DNA of 62,007 bases from Candidatus Omnitrophota bacterium. Its GTDB lineage: Bacteria; Omnitrophota; Gorgyraeia; Duberdicusellales; 4484-171. The translations under genes and the position numbers were made by a program. The stretch's first letter is position 1, and the number at the start of each line of letters is the position of its first letter. The stretch is taken from assembly GCA_020352775.1 (NCBI GenBank), contig CP070684.1, forward strand, positions 1,198,795-1,260,801, read 5' to 3'. This document shows positions 9,482-16,664 of this stretch, one piece after another. Below the pieces are notes generated by a model. The model saw only the letters and a list, made by a program, of their open reading frames with translations, searched no databases and had not been told where the DNA came from.

Positions 9482-10447
9482 ATGAAAAATAAATACACAA
9501 TCGGAATTGGTCTTAATCTTTTTGATGCTCGCGCAGTTCTTTTGCGCCAAGATGGAAAAATCATGGCCGAGATAGAGCGCAAAAGAGGAAAAATTAGCGT
9601 CAATGAGGTTATAGAAGATTTGCTGAAGTTATTTGAGGCTATACTTTCTAAGACTAAAAAGTATAAAGAAAGTATCTCTGGGGTAGGGGTAGCATTGGGA
9701 GGAATCATAAACAGTAAAAAAGGAGAGGTTTATTGGCCTCAACAATCCGGTACTTCTTATGTATATACCTCCTTACCTTTAAAAGATTATTTGCAGAAAA
9801 AGTTTGGTTTCCCGGTTGTTCTTGAAAATGATGCTAATGCTTGTGTTTGGGCTGAACATTTGACTAATTATCCTAAGAACAAGAATATTGTATATATGTT
9901 TTCAGGCGTGGGAGCAGGGATTATTGCTAACGGCACTCTTTACAGGGGTAAAAACGGAAAAGCCGGAGAATTGTTTTTAAATCCGCGCAAAGCAATGAGC
10001 ACGTCCTTAGGTGATTTTTCTTTTTTAGGGCAGTGGCCGGCGGATTTAAGAATGGTAGAAAGAGCAAAGTCGTTGATTTCCATGGGAGAAGAATCTTCTT
10101 TAATTAAAAGAATAACTTCTACCGGGGAGCTGGTTTTAGAAGCTATTTTTGAAGAAGCAAAAAAGAAAGATAGGGTTGCGCGTCAGATAATAAGAGAGGC
10201 AGCCTTTTCTTTAGGAGTAAAGATTGCTTTTATTGTAAATTTTATCAACCCAGAGCTAATAATCATTGGCGGAGGCATGGAAGACGCTGGTGAATTGATG
10301 TTAGAAGAGTGTTCTAACGCTGTAAAGAATTTTTGCATGAGTGAAATGAGAAAAAATTTAAAAATTTGTCTTTCTAAACTCGGTAAACAGGGTACATCAG
10401 TGGGTGCTGCGCTCTTATCTTTTAGAGAAAAGACTTTACACGACTAA
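9482..10447 (+). CDS. ROK family protein (sugar kinase-like), atypical
   Basis: ASKHA/ROK signatures IGIGLN, GVGVALGGII, VVLENDANACVWAE and GVGAGIIANGTLYRGKNGKAGE. No N-terminal wHTH and no CxCGxxGC zinc motif. Starts 1 nt after the upstream stop. Confidence 0.7.
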   Translation: MKNKYTIGIGLNLFDARAVLLRQDGKIMAEIERKRGKISVNEVIEDLLKLFEAILSKTKKYKESISGVGVALGGIINSKKGEVYWPQQSGTSYVYTSLPLKDYLQKKFGFPVVLENDANACVWAEHLTNYPKNKNIVYMFSGVGAGIIANGTLYRGKNGKAGELFLNPRKAMSTSLGDFSFLGQWPADLRMVERAKSLISMGEESSLIKRITSTGELVLEAIFEEAKKKDRVARQIIREAAFSLGVKIAFIVNFINPELIIIGGGMEDAGELMLEECSNAVKNFCMSEMRKNLKICLSKLGKQGTSVGAALLSFREKTLHD

Positions 10448-10484
10448 TCAGTATGTTATAATTTTGATAAAGAGGGAGGTGGTA

Positions 10485-11672
10485 ATGGATAGAACGAAAT
10501 TAATCGGAATCGCTCTATTAGTAATTGTATTAGGCGTAGGTTTTATTGCCTTTCAATTTTATTCTGAAAATCAAACCTTAAATAATGAAAATCAAACCTT
10601 AAAAAGAGAAAGAGCTCGTCTTCTCGAAGAAACCAGAGCTCTTCAGTCTCGTTATAACGAGGCGGATAGAGAAAGAGGCGAGCTGAGGGCTCGTTGGTCT
10701 CGAATACAAGAAGAGCTTACCCGTCTTCAAGCTGAGCGAGATGATTTTGCGAAAAAATACGAAAGCGTTTCAGCGGAAAGAGATATGCTGGTAGAGGAGT
10801 TGAAAAAAGTGCCCTCTCGGGCCGCAGCGCCTCGAGAAATGCCAATGGCCCGCCGCCCTATGGTCAGAGAGGCTCCTATGGCAGTAACATCAGAGGATTA
10901 TTGGTCCGATGTTGTAAGCGCAAAAGCAGAGCTTGAGGCGAGGTTAATAGAACTAGATAAAGAATTCGCTGCATCCAATATGAGGATTGCAGAATTAGAT
11001 AAACAGAATAAAGAGTTAAGTCTTAGGACGGATGAGCTTTCGAAAGAAAGAGGAATGCTTGAGGCAGAGATGAGGCTTAAAGAGCGGACCATGAATATTA
11101 TGAGTAGAGACTTGGTCAGCGAGAGAGAATCCAGAAAAGAGATGACGCAAGACTTAAATATGATGCGTGATGATAACGTAAGGCTAAAAAGAGAACTGAT
11201 TGTCGCTAATAAAGAAAAGTTAACATTGCAGAAAGGTATCAGCCTTGAAACCGCAAAGAAAGAAGACTTAGAACAAAGGATTTTTGAGATTGAAAGCATT
11301 TTGAAAGAAAAATCTATGGCTTTGAATGAATTGCAAGAAAGTCTTAGCCGTGCATTGACTGGAGAAAGAATGGTTGTGACTAGAGAAGCAGCAGCCGTAG
11401 AGCTTCCTCCGATTGTGGTTAAGCCAGAGCCCGGAATGGTTGCATTAGAGGGAGAGGTCATTGCAGTAATACCAGAAGAAAGAGTTGTAGTAATTGATAG
11501 GGGAGAAGCCGCCGGTGCTAGACCTGGCATACCACTTAGGGTAGTGCGCGCAGGTAGAGAAATCGGTACCGTAGAGATTATTGAAACCAGAAGAGAAGTA
11601 GCTGCAGCAGATATATTAGAAGTAGTTCAAGGCGCCACTATTCAAGAAGGCGATAAAGTAATAAGCAGATAA
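10485..11672 (+). CDS. membrane-anchored long coiled-coil protein with small C-terminal beta-rich domain (unknown family)
   Basis: AGGGAGGTGG RBS before ATG 10485. TM helix LIGIALLVIVLGVGFIAF, ~300 aa of heptad-rich E/K/R/L sequence interrupted by a Pro/Met-rich linker (AAPREMPMARRPMVREAPMA), and a C-terminal VVVIDRGEAAGARPGIPLRVV...IQEGDKV segment. Confidence 0.6.
   Translation: MDRTKLIGIALLVIVLGVGFIAFQFYSENQTLNNENQTLKRERARLLEETRALQSRYNEADRERGELRARWSRIQEELTRLQAERDDFAKKYESVSAERDMLVEELKKVPSRAAAPREMPMARRPMVREAPMAVTSEDYWSDVVSAKAELEARLIELDKEFAASNMRIAELDKQNKELSLRTDELSKERGMLEAEMRLKERTMNIMSRDLVSERESRKEMTQDLNMMRDDNVRLKRELIVANKEKLTLQKGISLETAKKEDLEQRIFEIESILKEKSMALNELQESLSRALTGERMVVTREAAAVELPPIVVKPEPGMVALEGEVIAVIPEERVVVIDRGEAAGARPGIPLRVVRAGREIGTVEIIETRREVAAADILEVVQGATIQEGDKVISR
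10566..10602 (+). repeat. 16-nt perfect direct repeat with 21-nt period (gaaaatcaaaccttaa x2)
   Basis: Copies at 10566..10581 and 10587..10602 encode ENQTLNN/ENQTLKR, an exact one-heptad duplication at the start of the coiled coil. Confidence 0.85.
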
Positions 11673-11675
11673 TTT

Positions 11676-12671
11676 GTGGATTCTTCAAAAGTTACCATAA
11701 AAGAAGTTGCGAAGAAGGCAGGGGTTTCGATCGCAACTGTTTCTCGTTACTTCAGTAATCCCGCCTCCTTAAGAGAAAAAAATCTCAAGAAAGTAGAGAA
11801 AGCGGTAAAAGAACTAAATTTCCAACCCTCAGCCTATGCCCGGCGCCTTGCCGGAGGAAAACTCAACAGTTTTGGACTGATAATTCCCGGCTATGAAAAT
11901 ATTTTTTATTCTTATTATGCTTTGGAAATAATAAGAGGAATCGCAACCGCTCTAGAAAAAGAGGAGATTGATTTACACCTTCATGTTTTTTGGAATAAAG
12001 ATACTTTCAAAACATCTTTGATAGATGGGATAATCTTTGCTGATATAATAGGAAATAAGGACCAGCTTAAGCGCATAAAAGATGAAGGGGTACCCATTGT
12101 AGTAATAAATAGGCGCATGGATGAGGAGGAGTTAAGCTATGTGGCTATAGATAATTTTAAAGGTTCATTTGAGGCAACTGAATTCCTTATTAATCACGGT
12201 CATAAAAGAATCGCACATCTGGCAGGAAACCTTGAAGTCCAATGCGCACTGGAAAGGCTAGATGGTTATAAGCGAGCCTTGGCAAAAAATGGCATTAGCG
12301 CAAAGCCCGAATACATTAAAATTACTAACTTTTCGCCTCGGGAGGCCCGGGAACGCTTAGAAAACCTGTTCTCTTTAAGCGAGCCCCCTACAGCTATATT
12401 TTGCTGTAGTGACGAAGTGGCAAATGAAGCATTAATTGTCTGTGACGAAAAGCAAATAAAGATTCCAGATAAGGTAAGCATCATCGGTTTTGATGATAAT
12501 CCCTATTGTCCTCATGGGAACTTAATGCTTACCACAGTTCGCCAACCCTTAGAAAAAATGACTTCCAAGGGTGCTGAGATTTTACAGATGATCATTGAAA
12601 AAGAACTTCCCCCCCAAAGAGTTGTTTTAGACACCGAGCTTGTCATCAGAGACACGGTAGGTTTTGTTTAG
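11676..12671 (+). CDS. LacI family transcriptional regulator
   Basis: N-terminal HTH VTIKEVAKKAGVSIATVSRYFSN plus a periplasmic-binding-protein-like effector domain. GTG start 3 nt after the upstream stop. Confidence 0.85.
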   Translation: MDSSKVTIKEVAKKAGVSIATVSRYFSNPASLREKNLKKVEKAVKELNFQPSAYARRLAGGKLNSFGLIIPGYENIFYSYYALEIIRGIATALEKEEIDLHLHVFWNKDTFKTSLIDGIIFADIIGNKDQLKRIKDEGVPIVVINRRMDEEELSYVAIDNFKGSFEATEFLINHGHKRIAHLAGNLEVQCALERLDGYKRALAKNGISAKPEYIKITNFSPREARERLENLFSLSEPPTAIFCCSDEVANEALIVCDEKQIKIPDKVSIIGFDDNPYCPHGNLMLTTVRQPLEKMTSKGAEILQMIIEKELPPQRVVLDTELVIRDTVGFV

Positions 12672-12829
12672 GTAATATTAGGCGGAAAGAGCAAGACGTC
12701 TTCATTCGCACAAGACTAAAAGCGGCTGCCAAAAAGTCTACATTAAGCATTTCCGCCATATTTCTTTGGGATAAAAAATTTTAGAACCGTTCTCTTGAAA
12801 GATTGGAAAAAGGTTTTTATTGCCTTTTT

Positions 12830-12845
12830 CATCAATATATTGTAT
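12830..12845. promoter_or_regulatory. NrdR box 1 (CATCAATATATTGTAT)
   Basis: Palindromic core CAATATATTG matches the NrdR-box consensus acaCwAtATaTwGtgt. Lies upstream of the RNR gene. Confidence 0.6.
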
Positions 12846-12859
12846 TTTTTCAAAAAAAA

Positions 12860-12875
12860 ATACAATATATTGTGT
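12860..12875. promoter_or_regulatory. NrdR box 2 (ATACAATATATTGTGT)
   Basis: 15 of 16 positions match the NrdR-box consensus as I recall it. Centre-to-centre distance to box 1 is 30 bp, about three helical turns. Confidence 0.7.
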
Positions 12876-12882
12876 TTTCTTC

Positions 12883-12911
12883 TTGACTGGAGGTTTTAGG
12901 TGTGATATAAA
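12883..12911 (+). promoter_or_regulatory. candidate nrdJ promoter: TTGACT, 17-nt spacer, TGaTATAAA
   Basis: TTGACT at 12883..12888, TG at 12903..12904 and TATAAA at 12906..12911. This leaves a ~55 nt leader to ATG 12972, which has an AAGGAG RBS. Confidence 0.45.
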
Positions 12912-12971
12912 TATGTTATACAATCTTAAATTAAAAAAACCCACAACATCAAACAAAAGGAGAGTGCGGCT

Positions 12972-15254
12972 ATGGAAGAAAGATTGAGGTTTTCGCCTAA
13001 TGCTATTGTCGTCTTAAAAAAACGTTATCTTAAAAAGAATGAACAAGGCCAAGTAACAGAAAATCCTTCTCAGTTGCTAGAAAGAGTTGCGGGTGCCATT
13101 GCTCAGATAGAAAATCTCTACGGAGCTGACCAAGCAAAAGTTGAAGGGATAAAAGATGGGTTCTTCAACATCATGGCTAACCTCGAATTTATGCCCAATT
13201 CACCCACCCTGATGAATGCCGGCAGAGAATTGGGTCAGCTCTCAGCGTGTTTTGTCGTGCCGGTGGAAGACTCCATGAATTCTATTTTTGATGCTATAAA
13301 AGCAACTGCTCTCATTCATAAGACAGGTGGTGGTACTGGGTTTAGTTTCTCGCGTCTGCGTTCCCAAAATAGTGTTGTTAAATCCACCGGTGGGGTAGCC
13401 AGTGGACCGGTTTCATTTATGAAGGTATTTGATTCTGCAACCCAGGCCGTAAAACAAGGTGGTACACGGCGGGGTGCCAATATGGGGATATTGAGAGTGG
13501 ATCATCCTGATATTTTGGAATTTATAAAATGTAAGACAAAAGAGGGTGATATTTCTAATTTTAATATCTCAATTGCGATTACCAATGACTTTATGGATAA
13601 GGTATTTAGGGAAGAAGAGTACCCTCTTATCGATCCTTCTAATGGACAGGTAAGAGCAAGGCTAAACGCACGAGAAGTATTTGATCTTATTGCAGAGTGT
13701 GCACACAAAAACGGTGAACCGGGTATTGTCTTCATCGACAAAATTAATCAATATAATCCCACTCCACAGTTAGGAAATATTGAAAGTACTAACCCTTGCG
13801 GAGAACAACCACTTTTACCTTTTGAATCTTGTAATCTTGGTTCGATCAATTTAGCACGGATGGTAAAGGAGGTCGAGAATGGGTTTGAGCTCGATTGGGA
13901 GAAATTAGAGTATGTGACGCGGTTAACAACAAGATTTTTGGACAATGTGATTGATGCTAATAAATTTCCTCTTTTCCAAATCAAAGAGAATACTTTAAAG
14001 ACAAGAAAAATAGGTTTGGGTATTATGGGCTGGGCGACGATGCTTGGATTTTTAGGCATTGCTTATGATAGTGATGATGCAGTGGCCCTGGCAAAAAAAG
14101 TGGGGGAGTTTATTTATAATGTCAGCAAAGAAGAGTCAATAAACTTGGCGAATGAGCGCGGTGTCTTTCCTGCCTGGGAAGGGAGCAGGTGGCAGAGCGA
14201 GGGAATAAGTATCAGGAACGCCACTCTTACCACCATTGCACCTACTGGAACAATAAGTATTATTGCCGGACCGACTTCTTCCGGGATAGAACCGTGTTTT
14301 TCTCTTTCTTATTTTCGCAATGTATTAGAAGGAGAAAAACTCTTAGAGGTTGAACCTGCTTTTGAGCAGCGCGCCAAAAAAGAAGGGTTTTATTCCCAAG
14401 AGTTGATGAAAAAAATCGCCTCCGGCGAAACTATTCAAAAAATGTCTGAAGTTCCCTCTGATGTAAAGAGGGTATTTAAGACTGCGATGGAGATAGATTC
14501 CTCCTGGCATATAAAAATGCAGGCTGCGTTTCAAGAATTCACTGATAATGCAGTGTCAAAAACAATAAATCTTCCCAATGCCGCGAGCGTAGAGGACGTT
14601 AAGCAAGCTTATTTACTTTCCTATAAGCTGGGATGTAAAGGGATCACTGTTTATAGAGACGGTTCAAGAGATGTTCAGGTATTAACGGTAGAGAAGAAAA
14701 AGGAAAAGGCACAGAAAGAGCAAAAGCTAGATTTGATTTCTTATCCTAAACCACGGCCGGAAGTGATAAGGGGTACTACCACCAAAGTTAGCACTGGCTG
14801 CGGTAATCTTTACATTACGGTGAATCAGGATGAAGATGATGATTTGTTTGAGGTGTTTACCCAAATGGGTAAAGCCGGAGGATGTGCAGCTTCGCAGTTA
14901 GAAGCAGTGGGAAGGCTTGTTTCATTGGCATTAAGGGGCGGGATTGACATGAAGGTGATTGTAGAACAGCTTAAAGGCATAAGATGCCCTTCTCCTTCCT
15001 GGGCTGGCGGAAAGAAGATTTTTTCCTGCGCCGATGCAATTGGAAGGGTTTTAGAAAAAAGAGCAATTGATCAAAAAGAGATCGTAAAAGTGGGACCGCC
15101 TGTTTCTAAGAAGCCAGTTAAAGTTGCGATGCCCAGTAAGTCATATTCTTTAAGCAACAGCACTATTGTGGGGGTATGTCCGGATTGCGGATTTGCCCTG
15201 CGACATCAAGAAGGTTGTCTTACTTGTGATGCTTGCGGCTATTCTAAGTGTTAA
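12972..15254 (+). CDS. nrdJ: adenosylcobalamin-dependent (class II) ribonucleotide reductase
   Basis: FMPNSPTLMNAG, SACFV and TNPCGEQPL (active-site Cys), plus a C-terminal zinc ribbon CPDCG...CLTCDACG. No intein-sized insertion. Confidence 0.9.
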   Translation: MEERLRFSPNAIVVLKKRYLKKNEQGQVTENPSQLLERVAGAIAQIENLYGADQAKVEGIKDGFFNIMANLEFMPNSPTLMNAGRELGQLSACFVVPVEDSMNSIFDAIKATALIHKTGGGTGFSFSRLRSQNSVVKSTGGVASGPVSFMKVFDSATQAVKQGGTRRGANMGILRVDHPDILEFIKCKTKEGDISNFNISIAITNDFMDKVFREEEYPLIDPSNGQVRARLNAREVFDLIAECAHKNGEPGIVFIDKINQYNPTPQLGNIESTNPCGEQPLLPFESCNLGSINLARMVKEVENGFELDWEKLEYVTRLTTRFLDNVIDANKFPLFQIKENTLKTRKIGLGIMGWATMLGFLGIAYDSDDAVALAKKVGEFIYNVSKEESINLANERGVFPAWEGSRWQSEGISIRNATLTTIAPTGTISIIAGPTSSGIEPCFSLSYFRNVLEGEKLLEVEPAFEQRAKKEGFYSQELMKKIASGETIQKMSEVPSDVKRVFKTAMEIDSSWHIKMQAAFQEFTDNAVSKTINLPNAASVEDVKQAYLLSYKLGCKGITVYRDGSRDVQVLTVEKKKEKAQKEQKLDLISYPKPRPEVIRGTTTKVSTGCGNLYITVNQDEDDDLFEVFTQMGKAGGCAASQLEAVGRLVSLALRGGIDMKVIVEQLKGIRCPSPSWAGGKKIFSCADAIGRVLEKRAIDQKEIVKVGPPVSKKPVKVAMPSKSYSLSNSTIVGVCPDCGFALRHQEGCLTCDACGYSKC

Positions 15255-15287
15255 CCCACCGATTTTAGTTTTATACGGAGAATATTG

Positions 15288-16565
15288 ATGAAAAAGATAC
15301 TCTATATTGTTCTTGATGGGTTAGGGGATTTAGCTGTAGAAGAATTAGGAAATAAAACTCCTCTTGAGGCAGCAGAGACTCCCCATATGGATGCGTTAGC
15401 AAAAGAAGGCTCTCAAGGACTTTTATTCCCGGTAGCTAAAGACATTGCTCCGGAGTCGGATATCGCAGTGATTTCTTTATTGGGATATGATGCCCATAAG
15501 CTTTATACTGGAAGAGGACCTTTAGAAAGTTTTGCTGAAGGAATAGAGGTAAAAGATGGTGACCTCGCACTTCGCGTTAATTTCGCAACCGCACAAACTG
15601 ATTCAGATAAAATCCTTGATAGAAGAGTGGGCAGAAATCTTTCTACCGAAGAAGCAAATCAGCTTTCTAAAGAGCTAAATGAAAGAGTAAAGTTAGAGGA
15701 TGCGCAATTTGTATTTAAAAACACTATTGGACACCGCGGTGTATTGGTGATAAGAAAAGACCAGGAATTAAAAGGCTGGGTTACTAATACTGACCCTGCT
15801 TATGGAAGAGAAGGAGTATTTGGTATTGCTCTTGAGAAATTCGAGCCCTTTATTCAAGAAGCCAGTCCGGTAGAAGGACATGAACAAGATAGTGGCGCAC
15901 TTTTAGCAGCAACGCTTCTTAATGAGTTCACTGATAAATCACGTAAAGTACTTGAGCAGAGTAGCATAAATAAAAAAAGAAAAGAAGAAGGGAAATTGCC
16001 TGCAAATCTTATTCTTTCCCGTGATGCCGGAGACAGTCTCCCTAAATTTAAGCCTCTAAATGAGGTAACGGGACTGCGTTTTGGCTGTTTTGTGCAAATG
16101 CCGGTAGAAAAAGGGATTGCTTTGTTATGCGGTATGGATGTGGTCGATGTCCCTCTTCCTTCGGGTGATTTAGATAAGGATTACACCCTATGGGCTCAGA
16201 CCGCGGCTAGTCAGATTAAAAATTATGATGGATTGTATATCCACATCAAAGGTCCTGATGAGCCTGCTCATGATGGTGATTTTAAAAAGAAAAAAGAAAG
16301 CATCGAGATTATCGATAAAATCTTCTTTAAGAAGCTACTGGATTTAATTAAAAAGGAAGATTATGTGATTTGTGTTACTGCGGACCACTCTACGGTGTGT
16401 AAGATAAAAGCCCATACTGCTGATCCAGTGCCACTTCTTATTTATACCTCTGACTTTAAAGATAGCACTACCCACTACGGGGAATCACAGGCAAAAAAAG
16501 GAGCAATAGGAGAGCTTTTAGGTCGAGAGTTGATTTATAAAATAGCAGAATTGGCAAAAGAATAA
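15288..16565 (+). CDS. apgM: cofactor-independent phosphoglycerate mutase, archaeal type
   Basis: N-terminal IVLDGLGD, C-terminal VTADHST and GPDEPAHDG motifs of the alkaline-phosphatase-superfamily ApgM. ATG 15288 directly follows the listed TTG at 15285. Confidence 0.8.
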   Translation: MKKILYIVLDGLGDLAVEELGNKTPLEAAETPHMDALAKEGSQGLLFPVAKDIAPESDIAVISLLGYDAHKLYTGRGPLESFAEGIEVKDGDLALRVNFATAQTDSDKILDRRVGRNLSTEEANQLSKELNERVKLEDAQFVFKNTIGHRGVLVIRKDQELKGWVTNTDPAYGREGVFGIALEKFEPFIQEASPVEGHEQDSGALLAATLLNEFTDKSRKVLEQSSINKKRKEEGKLPANLILSRDAGDSLPKFKPLNEVTGLRFGCFVQMPVEKGIALLCGMDVVDVPLPSGDLDKDYTLWAQTAASQIKNYDGLYIHIKGPDEPAHDGDFKKKKESIEIIDKIFFKKLLDLIKKEDYVICVTADHSTVCKIKAHTADPVPLLIYTSDFKDSTTHYGESQAKKGAIGELLGRELIYKIAELAKE

Positions 16566-16648
16566 TTGTTTTCCTTCCCAAATTTGTCAAATCCAGACTA
16601 AACACCCACAGAAGTTCCTTACTTATTTCTTCACCTTTTTCTAGGTTA

Positions 16649-16657
16649 TGATAAAAT
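16649..16657 (+). promoter_or_regulatory. extended -10 element TGaTAAAAT upstream of mnmG
   Basis: TG at 16649..16650 and TAAAAT at 16652..16657. A weak -35 TTCACC lies at 16630..16635. ATG 16665 is 7 nt downstream with no Shine-Dalgarno. Confidence 0.4.
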
Positions 16658-16664
16658 CCCTACT

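Noticed and set aside
10898-11530. 210-aa ORF antisense to the coiled-coil gene
   Set aside because: It is Ser/Leu/Ile-rich low-complexity sequence, the expected mirror image of E/K/L-rich coiled-coil codons. It has no RBS or recognisable motifs and lies fully inside a better-supported gene.
12738-12956. 72-aa minus-strand ORF in the lacI-nrdJ spacer
   Set aside because: It is an AT-rich chance ORF covering the NrdR boxes and the nrdJ promoter, with no RBS or motif.
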